DNA of 64,000 nt from Octopus vulgaris (GCA_951406725.2 OX597829.1:19034001-19098000), one strand, 5' to 3'; shown: positions 24,180 to 38,491, numbered from the stretch's first letter. Numbers and translations: made by a program. The notes: a model not told the origin generated them from the letters alone.

Positions 24180-26165
24180 ATGGAGACCCTATTAGCTGCA
24201 GTAATACATCTTCAAGTGAAGCAACAGGAACAACCACAGGAGTTGCAGATGCAAGTATTACAACAACAGCAACAATTAATAAAGTTGCAGTCAAGGAAGT
24301 CCAGAAATCCAATAAGTTCATTTATGTCAGACGGCTTGGCAAACTCGATTTCTGAATTCACTTATAATCCAGAGGAGGGTATTATATTTCCTGTGTACTG
24401 TAGAAGGTACAAGGAAATTTTTAACAAATAATGCAAGTCATGGTCGGATGAGGAGAACGCAAGGCTTTTACTATGCAAGGTAACGCCAACCAGGCATGAA
24501 CACTACTGTAACTTTATTTTGCCCAAAAAGTCAAGTGAGATCAGTTTCGGAGAAACTCTTGAATTACTATCAAAGACCTTTTGTGACAAAAGTTCATTAT
24601 TTAACTCTCGAATGGAGTGTTGGTACTTAACAAAAAATGACAATGATGACTTTATTACATATGCCGGAGTAGTCAACCATATGTGTGAAAATTTTAAACT
24701 TTAGGAACTCACTCAGGATATGTTTAAATCCCTTATCTTCATACAAGGTCTTACGGCAACTGAAGATAAAGAAATTCAGGCAAGGATTCTCTCAAAAATG
24801 GAGCAAGCAAACCAAGACTTAACCTTACAGACTATTGCAGAAGAATGTCAAACTATAGTAAACCTGAAGCATGATGTGAAAAAATTTCAAGAGAAAGATT
24901 CTGCAAAAATGTAGATGTATTGACCCAGAAAGTATGACCAAAGAAGAGTGCCAAGTCCCAATCCAGGTTATGGATATGGAAGCCTATACTTCAGAAAAGA
25001 GTGTCTGTTTAAAAACTGAAAATGCTATAGTTGTCAGAAACTTGGTCACAAGAGTTCACACTGCAGGACAAGATTACGCGGGTCAAAGGTTAAAAGTTCT
25101 AAGGTGTCTTCAGCAGAAAGTGAATACGACACAAAAACAAGAAAATTCATACATGTAAAAATAAATGATGTAAACATTAAATTACAGTTGGATACAGGTA
25201 GTGATATTTCAATCATACTGCAGATACATGGAGAAAAATCAGGAAACTAAGGTTATGCAAAACAGCAAAAATTGTGCATGGTATAACGGGCGATAAATTA
25301 CATTTTATAGGCGAAATGTGTACAGACATTTTGAGGACAAACATGTGAAGCAAAACTATTCATTGTGGAGAATACAATCAATCTGTTTGGTACAGTTTGG
25401 TTGGAGTTATTTGACTTATGGCACCTCCCCATAAGTCTCTACTGCAAAAAACATAAATGGTTGTTCTGTTAAAAATAAATCGTGTGAGGAATTGAAGAGA
25501 AAATGAAAAAAGATGTTTCCTCAAGCAATATCAGAGGACGTAGGTTTATGTAAAAAGACTGAAGCCTGCTTTCAAGTAAGTGAAAATGTTATGCCTGCAC
25601 TTAAATCTAACAGAAAAGTACTGTTTGTGGAAAGTGAAATTGTAAATGAAGAGTTGGACAGACTGGAAAAGAGTGGAATCATTAAAAACTGTGTGCATTA
25701 AAAAGAAAAATAATGACATTAGGCTGTGTGCTGATTTCTCTACAGGATTGAAGAGTTGCTTAAAGACATGCCACCATCCACCCCAATGACATTAGGCTGT
25801 GTGCTGATTTCTCTACAGGATTGAAGAGTTGCTTAAAGACATGCCACCATCCACCCCAGAGGACATTTTTACAAAATTAAATGGTGGAAAAATTTTCTCC
25901 AAATTGGATCTGTTTGATGCTTATTTACAGATTAAAGTAAATGATAAATGCTCAAAGTATCTGGCAATAAATACACATAGAGGATTGTACAGATATACCT
26001 GGTTACCTTTTGGATTAAGGGTTGCACTGGCAATATTTCAGCAAGTCATGTATTCTATGTTATCTGATTGTGAATTTGCAATCTCCTATTTTGACGATAT
26101 ATTGATTAAGAGTAATTCACATGAACAGCATGTGGAACATATAAAAGCTGTGAGTGAAGAAAATT
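24180..26165 (+). pseudogene. Ty3/Gypsy LTR-retrotransposon gag-pol remnant
   Basis: Gag-like NSISEFTYNPEEG, knuckle CYSCQKLGHKSSHC (about 25023-25064), protease LDTGSD (about 25190), RT FSKLDL..AYLQ, LPFGL, YFDD; many stops; internal duplication of about 74 bp at 25712-25857; no LTRs seen. Confidence 0.92.
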
Positions 26166-26243
26166 TACAGTGTAATCATTATCTATTGTTGGCAATATCA
26201 ACTGTACTATGATATTGGAGGCTTAAGGATATAACATTATATA

Positions 26244-26293
<50 letters not shown>

Positions 26294-26306
26294 CAGACAG
26301 ATAGAC

Positions 26307-26367
<61 letters not shown>

Positions 26368-26901
26368 TTTGTGTGTGTGTGTGTGCATGATGGACTTCTT
26401 TCAGTATCCATCAACCAAATTTACACATAAGTCTTTGGTCAGCCCTAAGCTATAATAGAAAACACTTGCCAATGGTGCCAGGCAGTGGGACTGAACCCCA
26501 AGCCATGTGGTCAACAAGCTAACTTCTTACCACACAGCCACACGTGTGCCTTCTTCCTGCACGGCCTTTGAATTTTCAATCAGGCTTGAAAGGACTAGAT
26601 TTTTGAAAGAGTTATCCAGAAAAATATTCTCCTTCTCACCGATTTTGGGGATGTTCACATTTGCAAACAAAAGTAGCAAATCTCTTTGACTCTACATAAT
26701 CTTTTTCCTTTTCATACAGGCTACATTTGCACATGGTAGAATTCTATTTCTTTTTTCTTTGTCGCAAGGGACTTCTCCACTAATATTCTTTCTGTTGCAA
26801 TGCACATATTCAAAACCAGAGTAGGTCTTAGTTATATATATATCCCAGAGCTGTCTTTCCTGCAAATATTTTACAACAGAATTTTACATATATTTTACAA
26901 C

Positions 26902-27310
26902 AGGCGCAGGAGTGGGTGTGTGGTAAGTAGCTTGCTAACCAGCCACATGGTTCTGGGTTCAGTCCCACTGCGTGGCATCTTGGGCAAGTGCCTTCTGCTA
27001 TAGCCCCAGGCCAACCAATGCCTTGTGAGTGGATTTGGTAGATGGAAACTGAAAAGAAGCCTGTCGTATATATGTATATATATATGTATGTGTATTTGTG
27101 TGTCTGTGTTTGTCTCCCTAGCATTGCTTGACAACCGATGCTGGTGTGTTTACGTCCCCGTCACTTAGCGGTTCGGCAAAAGAGACCAATAGAATAAGTA
27201 CTGGGCTTACAAAGAATAAGTCCCAGGGTCGATTTGCTCGACTAAAGGCGGTGCTCCAGCATAGCCACAGTCAAATGACTGAAACAAGTGAAAGAGTAAA
27301 AGAGAGAGTA
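26902..27310 (+). mobile_element. SINE family A, full length
   Basis: Near-identical to 884-1295. Confidence 0.9.
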
Positions 27311-27636
27311 AAAGAGAATCATTGTACACTGTTAAACAACAAGGTAATATTACAATGAGTGGTGGTTCTTTGGTGACATTTTGGGACAGCTACTAATCAT
27401 GTTAAATATCTTTCACTGAAAAGTGACATACTGCAGTACTTGCTGTTGTATCTTGGGAGCTTAGCATTTTAACATACATACATACATACATGTATGCATG
27501 TATATACACATGCATACACACATGTACATACATATACATATGTGTGCGTGTGTGCGTGTGTGCATGTGTGTGTGTATGTGTGTGTGTGAGTATATCTGCA
27601 TGTGCATGTATATATATCAGTATGCATGTGTATGTG

Positions 27637-27682
<46 letters not shown>

Positions 27683-28611
27683 CATACATATATACACATA
27701 TATATACATATATAAATGTATATATATTTATATACATATATACACACATAAACATATATAAATGTTTATATATGCATATATATATATATGTATATATGTA
27801 TATATATTGTATATATATGTATATAGGTATATGTATGCCTATGTATATGTATATAGGCATATGTGTGTGTGTATATATATATATATATAGGTATGTGTAT
27901 GTGTGTGAATATATATATGTGTGTGTATATATATATATATATATATGAATGTGTGTGTGTAGTGATCTTCATCTAAGTAAGATGTTTACCAACTGAGAAT
28001 GCTCAATGATTCAACAGGTAGATGGTGTTATGACTTACCATTTGTTTCAGTCGTAGAACACTCCATCAGCTGCTGTTGAGCAAATAATGTGAACACATAT
28101 ACACTCATTTTCCCATGCTATATAAAGTATTTGCTGACATTATGAATGGCTGGCTATATAAACTGACAAAGAATGGACAAAGATACAAGGTGATCATTTT
28201 ATATGCCTTTGAGATATAACAACTGAAAAAGAAAAATAACTCTCTTACCGACTCAGTCAGGATTGAACTAGCAGCATTGTTGTCTCAGCCACCATCTCTT
28301 TCTTTACCATACAGAATGACAAAGGTAACAGGTATGTACTCCAGGCAAAAAGGGAGGGATTCTTTGTTAAGAAGGTGAAAGTGCAAGGCTTGGTGATTAG
28401 GGTGTTGGGCTCATTATCAGAAGATTGTGGCTTCGATTCCTAGACCAGGAAAGGTGTTTGTGTTCTTGAGAAAAACGTTTCATTTTATGGTGCTCCAGCT
28501 CACTCAGTTGGTAAAAAGGGAGTAAACCTGCAATGCACTGGCATCCCATCCAGGGAGGAATATATGTCTATGTATGTGTATGTGTCTGTGTATGTGTGCA
28601 TATATTTATAT

Positions 28612-28646
<35 letters not shown>

Positions 28647-28936
28647 CACACACACACATATATCTATACATGTATATATACGCACATATATATATACATG
28701 TATATATGTGTGTGTGTGTATCTATATATATCTATATATATACATGTATGTATATATATATGTGAAAGTGCATGGCTCAGTGTCAGGCACACAGTCATGA
28801 GGTAATGAGTTCGATTCCCAGATCAGGTCGTATGCTGTGTTCTTAAGCAAGTCACTTTATTTCACTTTGCTCCAGTTCACTCATCTGTAGAAATGAGTTG
28901 CAACATCACTGATACCAATACGTGTATATATATATG

Positions 28937-29101
28937 TAGGAGTGGCTGTGTGGTAAGTGGCTTGCTTGCCAACCACATGGTTCTGAGTTCAGTCCCACTG
29001 CATGGCACCTTGGGCAAGTGTCTTCTACTATAGCCTCAAGCCGACCAAAGCCTTCTGAGTGGATTTGGTAGACAGAAACTGAAAGAAGCCCATCGTATAT
29101 A

Positions 29102-29167
<66 letters not shown>

Positions 29168-29385
29168 TGAGTGTGTGTGTATGTTTGTGTGTCTGTGCTT
29201 GTCACCAACATTGCTTGACAACCGATGCTGGTGTGTTTCTGTTGCCATAACTTAGCAGTTCGGCAAAAGCAACCGATAGAATAAGTACTAGGCTTACAAA
29301 GAATAAGTTCTGTGGTCAATTTGTTCAATTAAAGGCAGTGCTGCAGCATGGCCACAGTCAAATGACTGAAACAAATAAAAGAAAA
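28937..29385 (+). mobile_element. SINE family A, full length
   Basis: Head, (TG)n and tail present. Confidence 0.9.
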
Positions 29386-30305
29386 TGAACAACATAACAA
29401 GCTTTAGTTGACTAAAGCACTTATAGTTGAGGCATGAGGTTAGGTCAGAATAAAATGCACATACTACAATTGTAGATGACTGCCAACTTCGGTGCAGATG
29501 TACTTGGCAGAATGATATTCAGGTAATGAATGCTGTTAATTGGACCCAACTGAGTATACAATCTGCTCTTGAGCTATTCAGATTCATACATTTTAATTAA
29601 ATATACAGACCTTTGTGCCGTAGTGTTGCTCCCCTCCCACTATACTACTTGGATGTACATTGCTTTTGGTTAAGCTCATTCTACAGCAATAGCCAGTCAT
29701 AGAATCGCTAAATGTGTATCTGCTGCAGATTTTGAATTATTTTGAATTATTTTTTTTTTCAGATGTATTTAATTGTAAGAATCGTGTATTCGTCTGAAGA
29801 AAATATTTTTTTTGTTATGATGATAAAATGTAATCATTGATCAATTAAAAAATTCGTTATAAACGGCTGTAATGAATTGACACCTGTCCATCAATTGTTA
29901 CTTTAATATATACATATATATATATAAATATATGTGTGTGTGATGTGTGTGTTTGTGTGTATATATATATATATGTCCAACCCATGCTAGCATGGAAAAC
30001 GGACGCTAAACGATGATGATGATGATGATGATATATATATATATACATATCTATCTATCTATCCATCTATCCATCCATCCATCCATCCACGTATATATTA
30101 CTAGTTTTATCTTGTCTTTTTGTCTTCTCTCCATGTTGCTATATGAACACTTAAGGTGGTTTTAGAGTTAGATTTAGAGTCAGATCATAAAGTTACAATT
30201 TTAATAATTATTACCTTTGAAGGTTATTTTTTCCATACTGGCCACTTGATAAGATTGCTATTTTATTTTAAATTTACGATCCTATCCTTATATATATATA
30301 TATAT

Positions 30306-33029
30306 ATCATCATCATCATCATCACCATCGTTTAACGTCCATTTTCCGCGCTAGCACGGGTTGGACGGTTCGACTGGGGTCTGGGAAGCCAGGGCTGTAC
30401 CAGGCTCCAGTCTGATCTGGCAGTGTTTCTACAGCTGGATGCCCTTCCTAACACCAACCACTCCGCGAGTGTAGTGGGTGCTTTTTACGTGCCACCTGCA
30501 CAGGTGCCAGGGGGGTCCGGCGCCATGATCGGTTGGTGCTTTTAACATGCCACCGGCACGGAAGCCAGCCAAGGCGATGCTGGCATCGGCCACGTTCGGA
30601 TGGTGCTTTTTATGTGCCACCACCACAGAAGCCAGTCGAGGCGGGGCTGGCAACGGCCACATTCAGATGGTGCTTTTTGTGTGCCACAGGCACAGAAGCC
30701 AGTCGAGGCGGTACTGGCATCGGCCACATTCGGTTTGTGCTTTTTATGTGCCACTGGCACAGAAGCCAGTCGAGGCAGTGCTGGCAACGGCCACGTATCA
30801 CAACTACTATTTCCATTGATATTTGTTTCGATGTTCATGTACATGCACTTGACTCAACAGGTCTCCTCAAGCACAGCGAGATGTTCCGGGATCCAAGGTA
30901 CTTTGAATGGGCAGGGACTATGCGGAACTGGTGCCGGAAGCATCCCGGGTCTTTGTAGTCACAGCACATCTCCAGAGATCTCGGTCCTTCGCCATTGCCT
31001 CAGTGAGGGCCAACGCTCTGAGGTCATGCTTGACTACCTCATCCCATGTCTTCCTGGGTCTACCTCTCCCCCTGATTCCTTCAACTGTTTGGGAGCGGCA
31101 CTTCTTCACACATCTCTCCTCATCCATCCGCAGTACATGACCATACCATTGCAAGCGTCGCTCTTGCACACTGCATCTGATGCTTCTTATGTCTAGCATT
31201 TCTCTCAGGGTGCTTACACTCTGTCGTGCATTCACACTGACATTACACATCCAGCAGATCATGCTAACTTCATTTCTTTCAAGTCTATGCATGTCTTCTG
31301 CAGTCACGGCCCATCTTTCACTGCCATGAAGCATGGCAGTTCGCACACATGCATCATACAATCTACCTTTCACTCTGAGTGAGAGACCTTTTGTTGCCAG
31401 TAGGAGTAGGAGCTTTCTAAACTTTGCCCAGGCTATTCGTATTCTAGTGGTGACACTCTATGAGCATCCACCTCCACTACTAACTTGGTCACCCAGGTGG
31501 CGGAAACTATCAACTACTTCTAGTTTCTCCCCCTGGAGTGTGATGGAATCTGTTTTCTGAGTATTTGTGGTGTCTATTGTCCCTGTGCATCTGCCGCACA
31601 TGAAAGCTATCTTATCAGTTAATTTCCCTTTGATGTTGCTGCACCTCTTATGCGTCCATAGCTTACACTGGGTGCATCTTATGGAGTTTCTATCTACACC
31701 TTTCCTACAGATCGAGCAGGGCCACCTGCTCGATGGGGTGTGTGCTGAGTTCGCCTTTCTGCTTACTATAACTTTGGTCTTCGCTACATTTACTCTAAAG
31801 CCCTTTGATTCTAACCCTTGTTTCCACACCCGAAATTTCTTTTCTAGTTCCGGTAGTGATTCTGCTATGAGAGCCAGGTCATCAGCATAGAGGAGCTCCC
31901 AGGGGCAACCTGTTTTAAATTCCTCTGTTATATGCCTGGAGGACTGTGATGAATAAAAGGGGACTGAGGGCTGAGCCTTGGTGTACACCTACTTCTACCC
32001 GGAATTCTTCACTATATTTGTTGCCAATCCTAACCTTACTGACAGCCTCTCTGTATAGAGCCTGTACAGCCCTTATTAGCCATTTGTCAATCTCCAGTTT
32101 CCACATCGACCACCAGATAAGGGATCGGGGAACCCTGTCAAAGGCTTTCTCCAAGTCCACAAAAGCTATGTAGAGGGGTTTATCTTTAGCTAGGTACTTC
32201 CCCTGCAGTTGTCGGACCAGGAATATAGCATCAGTGGTGCTTCTACCCGGCACAAAACCGAACTGCATCTCATCTAAGCAAATTCTCTCCCTAATGAGAT
32301 GGGTTATGACCCTCTCTGTGACCTTCATCACCTGATCCAACAGTTTAATACCCCTATAGTTATTTCTATCTAGAGCATCACCCTTACCCTTGTAGCAATT
32401 GACTATGGTACTGCTACGCCAGTCATTGGGTATGACTCTATTATGAACTACCTGGTTTACAATGCGGGTGACTAGGCCATAGCCCACATAACCAGCTGTT
32501 TTAAGCATCTCAGCAGTGATACCTGATGGGCCGGGGGCTTTACCTGGTTTCATACCCTTAATTGCCTTAACTACAAGGGAGCTGTCTATTTGGATAGCTG
32601 GTCTCTCCACTGGGTCAACATTTGGCAGGCTCTCCTCCTCCCATTCTTTCTCCACATTCAGCAGTCTTTCATAATGGCTTCTCCAAGCCTCTTTCTTTTC
32701 ACCAACATTAAAAGCAAGTGCCCCATCATTTCTCTCCTGTAACATCACTATTTTCTCTCACACACTGTCTAGCAATCCGAAATACCTCAGTTCTTTGGTC
32801 CTCACATCGCTGGACATTGGCAAACTTCTTCTTTTCTGCTATATCTTTGGCTATGTATACCTGCCGCCCAGCCTCCCTTTTGGCTACTTGGTACGGTTCC
32901 CTGCTACCCCCATCCCTCCAGGCCTGTTTCTTTGCACTAATGGCTTTGTCTACTGCACTATTCCACCACCATGTAACTCTAGGTCTGGAAGGGACTTTTC
33001 ACCATCCACAGACTTGGTCTGTGGCTCTC
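30306..33029 (-). mobile_element. 5'-truncated RTE-clade LINE with frameshifted reverse transcriptase, 3'UTR array and (GAT)n tail
   Basis: KAPGPSG, NYRGIKLL, QFGF, FVDLEKAFD, GVHQGSALSP, LYADD (31878-31889), [21 protein letters not shown]; (TA)n on both sides. Confidence 0.95.
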
Positions 33030-33174
<145 letters not shown>

Positions 33175-33315
33175 CATATATATATACACATAGTTATATA
33201 CATGTATATATATACATATATATACATATATATATATGTATATATGCATATAGTTTACAGTTCCATTATATATCAGATCAACAAAACTTAAGTAATCCAT
33301 CCAGTGACAGACAAA

Positions 33316-33507
33316 TATCATTTAATATGCACAATTTATGAAAGAGCTACTAATAGAAGGCTTAAGAGATACAATAAAATGTCAGATTTTTACAACATGC
33401 CATGTATCTTGAAGATACATGGGCATGTTATATAAATCTGCCAATTTATTGTACCTCTAATGCATGAAACTATTACCAGTTGTTTCACAAATTGTGTATA
33501 TTAAGTG

Positions 33508-33510
<3 letters not shown>
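33316..33510. repeat. Old fold-back remnant with degenerate hammerhead-like core
   Basis: Inverted arms around CATGTATCTTGAAGATACATG; TTGAAGA...ATGAAAC on the plus strand. Confidence 0.5.
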
Positions 33511-33555
<45 letters not shown>

Positions 33556-34158
33556 TTACATACATATGCAAGCAATTACAAGCAATGCACCGGCTGTTAT
33601 GACCTACAGGCACATTGTATTATTTGTTCCTTTCTTATGGGCAGAATTGGCACATGAGGAATATGAAGCAAACAACGCTTCTTTATAAATATGTTTTTCG
33701 GTCATTTTCTGATGAACAATGCTGCAGTTTCTGTCTACCAAATTCAGTCACAAGTCTGTGTTGGCCTAGGGCTATAATAGACAACACTTGCCCAAGCTAC
33801 CATGCAGAGGGACTGAACATGGAACCATGTGGTTGGGAAGCAAACTTCTCAACCACACAGTCATTCTTGCATCTTATGTGTGTGAGCGTGTGTGTGTGTG
33901 TGTGTGCATGTGTGTGTTTACATTTGTTGTTAAATTGAGTATTGTGTCCCACTATGTCTCAAAGTTAGCAGTTCATCAAGCAGAGATCTATAAAATAAAT
34001 GCCAGATTGAAATATGTACTGAGGTCAGTATGATCAGTTAAATTTTGGAAGGTAACATCCCATCATGGCGACAGTCGAAAGACTAAACCCAGTAAAATCA
34101 TGTTTAAAGACTTAATGACTTCAAATTTAAGGTAATGCATTACTAACCACAAGATAAT

Positions 34159-34392
34159 TATTCTTTATTACCCACAAGGGGCTAAACATAGAAGGGACAA
34201 ACAAGGACAGACAAAGAGATTAAGTCAATTGCAGTTACCCCAGTGCATAACTGGTACTTAATTTATCGACCCTGAAACGATGAAAGGCAAAGTTGACCTC
34301 GGCAGAATTTGGACTCAGAACGTAATGGCAGATGAAATACAGCTAAGCATTTTGCCCGGTGTGCTAACAATTCTGCCAGCTCACCGCCCTCA
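34159..34392 (-). mobile_element. MetaSINE-like family B with 17-bp TSD
   Basis: ACTAACCACAAGATAAT at 34142-34158 and 34393-34409. Confidence 0.9.
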
Positions 34393-35959
34393 ACTAACCA
34401 CAAGATAATGAGCTCAAAACTTCGTATTGAACTTCCACTCCGTACAATAAGATTATATGTACACACACACACTCACAGGTATGTCTGTGGTAAGTTGAGC
34501 TACAAGAAATAGCAACCAAATCTCTCTTAAAACACACCCTTTCATCAAAAGAAAGACACAGATTTACAGTATTTCAGGAAGGAAAAATTATGCGATGAGT
34601 CTGCTAGATCAGAGACAACACTGGGCTAAACAGAACACAGACAAACATACTTTACATTAAAAGATAATCTACTAAATAATACGAATAAAGTTGACAGTAT
34701 ATCTCCAAAGTGTCATTCCCTGGTAAAACTCATTATACGCTAAGACATAAAGTGTTGCTTCCCTTAGCTAAAGACCTCAAAATTGTACAACCTGACCTCA
34801 TTTCCAAGGTTATTTTTGTAGTAAAAATAAGTTTTTGTGTAAAAAAAACATACTTTATTCAGTAGCTCTGAATCTTTTGATATCATACATCAAAATCAGC
34901 AACTCAGTTTTTGAGTCCATAAGGAACATATGCATACATGCGGGCACACACACACACACACACACACACACGCTCGCACAAACTCTGTTTTATATATTAA
35001 GAAGTACATATATATATATATATATATATACACAAAAAAATATATATACTCATATATATATATATATCTTTATATACATATATATTACTGAATATATATA
35101 TATATATGTTTGTCATTCTACGGGGTAGCTGGAGTTAGGAAGGGCATCCAGCCATAAAAACCCTACAAAAAACACACAGCAACCTGGTTTAGTCTTCTAC
35201 CTGGCAAGCTCCTGTGAAACCATCCAGCCCACGGAAGATGAATGTTAAATGATGATGATGATGATGATGATATATATGTATGCATGTATGTATGTATGTG
35301 TGTGTATATGTATGTATGTGTGTGTATGTATGTATGTATATGTGCGCATATATATGTATTTATGTATGTATGTATGTATGTTTGTATATCTTGTTGAGAG
35401 TAAGTGCTTTGTGTTTTTAATGAAATAAGAAGTAGGAGATAAGTCATTTTCTTATATATATATGTGTATTATCATTACTATTGTTGTTGTTGTTGTTGCT
35501 GCTGCTGCTCTTGTTGTTGTTGCTGCTCTTGTTGTTGCTGTTGTTGTTGTTGTTGTTGTTAGAGAGTAAAACTAATTAGTCAGGTCACAATGGACCCAGA
35601 GAAATGTACAGGGAAAACAAACAACTGAAAGTCTGTAGTGAATGGAAGCTTGCATTGTCTTTTTGTTATTACAAACATGTATGTGTTACACTGGTTCTGT
35701 ATGTCATGTCAGAATATTCTTGGTGACATATATAGCCTTTTCCATGTGTGTGAGCTTGGGTGTGTGGGTGCATGTGCATGTGTGTGAGTGTGTGTGTGTG
35801 TGTGTGCGCACACACACGCATGCTAGCATGAAGCAACTGTTCTTGACAAAAAAAAAATTCATTGGTTGCAGGTGTAGCTGTGTGGTAAGAAGTTTACTTC
35901 CCAACCCCATAGTACTAGGTTCAGTTCCACTGTGCATCACTTTTGGCAAGAGTCTTCAT

Positions 35960-35992
<33 letters not shown>

Positions 35993-36008
35993 TTATTATA
36001 TAGAAGGA

Positions 36009-36057
36009 GCTTCTACAGGACTAGAACTGTTTCATTCAAGAGAAATCTTCAGGAAGC
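36009..36057 (-). ncRNA. Type I hammerhead ribozyme motif (mirror copy)
   Basis: Exact reverse complement of 36059-36107. Confidence 0.72.
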
Positions 36058-36058
36058 T

Positions 36059-36107
36059 GCTTCCTGAAGATTTCTCTTGAATGAAACAGTTCTAGTCCTG
36101 TAGAAGC
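36059..36107 (+). ncRNA. Type I hammerhead ribozyme motif
   Basis: GCTTC-CTGAAGA-TTTCTCTTGAAT-GAA-ACAG TTCTAGTC CTGT-A-GAAGC. Confidence 0.72.
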
Positions 36108-36191
36108 TCCTTCTATATAATAAATTAATTTTACTCTGCTATGTATTGAGTACCTTATTTACTGTGGTTAACCCCGAATCAACCCGGGACC

Positions 36192-36230
<39 letters not shown>

Positions 36231-38169
36231 AAAGGTATTTTTTACTTGTTTCAGTCATTTGACTGTGGCCATGCTGGAGCTATGCATTCAGTCAAACAAA
36301 TCAATCCCAGGACTTATATTTTGTAAGCCTAGTACTTATTCTATTGGTCTCTTTTGCTGAACCACTAAGTTATAGGGACATAAACACACCAACATCAGTA
36401 TTTTGCATTCCATTAATTAATAAGTTTTAAAAAAAACATATAATAAATGGGAAACAGACACAGAAGGACACCAAATCCTCATCAGTTATTGACGAGATGG
36501 TCAAACGCAATGTATACACACATATATATATATGTATGTGTGTGTATGTATATGTGTGCGTATGTGTGTGTGTATGTATATGTGTGTGTATGTGTATGTA
36601 TATGTGTGCGTATGTGTGTGTGTTTATATATATATATATTTATATATATATATGTATATATATAGATAGATTATATATGCATCATCATCATCATCATCAT
36701 CATCATACATGTGTATATTTAAAGAGCTAAAAAACACTATGTGGACAGCAATATGCTAGAAGTAGATCACCTACGATCAAACTACAAAGAAAGAATGTTC
36801 TCTAGAGAAAAATTCAGCGGACACCAGACACACATATATATATACATATATACATGTGTGTGTGTGTATATATATGGTGGTTGTTTGCTCCTTATGCAGA
36901 GTTTCACCACCTCCTGTACCTACACCTTATTACAATCATGGCATCTGATGACTTTTCAACCCAGACAATGTTTTGAAAAGACACCCACATAGATTACATA
37001 TCTGATTTGGACCACCAAGAGCTGCAGATCAGTCATATATATGTGTGCGTCTGTAATGTGTCCCCACTGCTATATGGCAACCAGTGTTGGTTTGTTTACA
37101 TCCCCACAACATTGCAGTTTGAGTAAAAGGGATCGATAGGATAAACACCAGACTGAAAAGAAAAGAAAGAGAGAGAAAGAAAGAAAGAGAGAGAAAGAAA
37201 GAAAGAGAGAAAGAAAGAAAGAAAAGAAAAGAAAGTACATTTCAACTGAAGCCCTTCAAGGTGATGCCCCAGCATGACCGTAGACCAATGATGACTGAAA
37301 CAAGTAAAAACAATAAAAAGACTAACGAGGTGAATGAATATTTGGTAAAACAAGTGAAGACATCAACAGTGACAGGCTCTGCTGTCGCTGTGTGGTGGAA
37401 AAAAACCCCAAAACACAAAAAAAAAACGATGAAGTGGTCTCTATGTCTGTCTTGCATCAGATGATGTTTTCCTGTCTTGAATGCTTTAAACCAAAATGAA
37501 AAATGGCAATTTATTTATTTATTTATTTATTTTTCCCTTTTTGTTTTATTTATGTATTTTACATTTTTTTTAATTTTCTTTCTTTATTTATTTTTATCTT
37601 TATTTCTATCTATTTATTTATTTTTTTATTTTATTTATATATTTTTCATTTTTTAAATTTTATATATTTATTACGTTTTTTATTTTGTTTCTTTCATATC
37701 ATCAGCATTGCAAAGGTGAGTCATGAAATATGAATCAAGTGGATATAATTGATTGGTCAAATTAGACCAAGGAATAAATTTGTTTGTTTTGTGGATTTAT
37801 TTTGTTTTGTTTCTTTTTTGTTTCTTGGCTCGTTAAAGAAATGAGAAATATAAACATCATACCCTTGGGGGATTTTTTTTTTGTTTTGTTTCATTTGCAA
37901 CATTTTTTTTTTTGTCAGATGTGCCTAGAATTTTGGTCAGTGAACAAGATTGGATGTTTGAGTTGTGATGTAATGAGCAGAATTATCCTGCAGCAGATAC
38001 TCACACATGCGCACACGCACTCATACACACATATGCACACACACACACACATACACCCACACACAAGCACACACACACACGCACACACATTCATACATGT
38101 ACACACATAACACATACATCCACACACAAATACACGCACAGAAACTACAAATGTGCATGCACACACATA

Positions 38170-38396
38170 CTCTTTTACTCTTTACTTGTTTCAGTCATTT
38201 GACTGTGGCCATGCTGGAGCACTGCCTTTAGTCAATCAAATCGACCTCAGGACTTATTCTTTGTAAGCCTAGTACTTATTCTATAAGTCTCTTTTGCTGA
38301 ACCGCTAAGTTATGGGGACGTAACACAACAACATCGGTTGTCAAGCGATGTTGGCCAGGGACAAACACAGACACACAAACATACACACACATATAC

Positions 38397-38491
<95 letters not shown>

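Larger units (their letters stand above)
35991..36195. mobile_element. Penelope-type fold-back insert: perfect 135-bp palindrome plus tail, in (TA)n
   Basis: Arms 35991-36057 and 36059-36125 with a 1-nt centre; homologous to 20617-20815. Confidence 0.87.

Noticed and set aside
26560-26830. Coding-looking unique stretch on the minus strand
   Set aside because: Stops in the frames examined and no recognisable motif
29474-29520. Possible small exon (AG...GTAATG)
   Set aside because: Weak acceptor, no recognisable homology and no partner exons; needs RNA-seq
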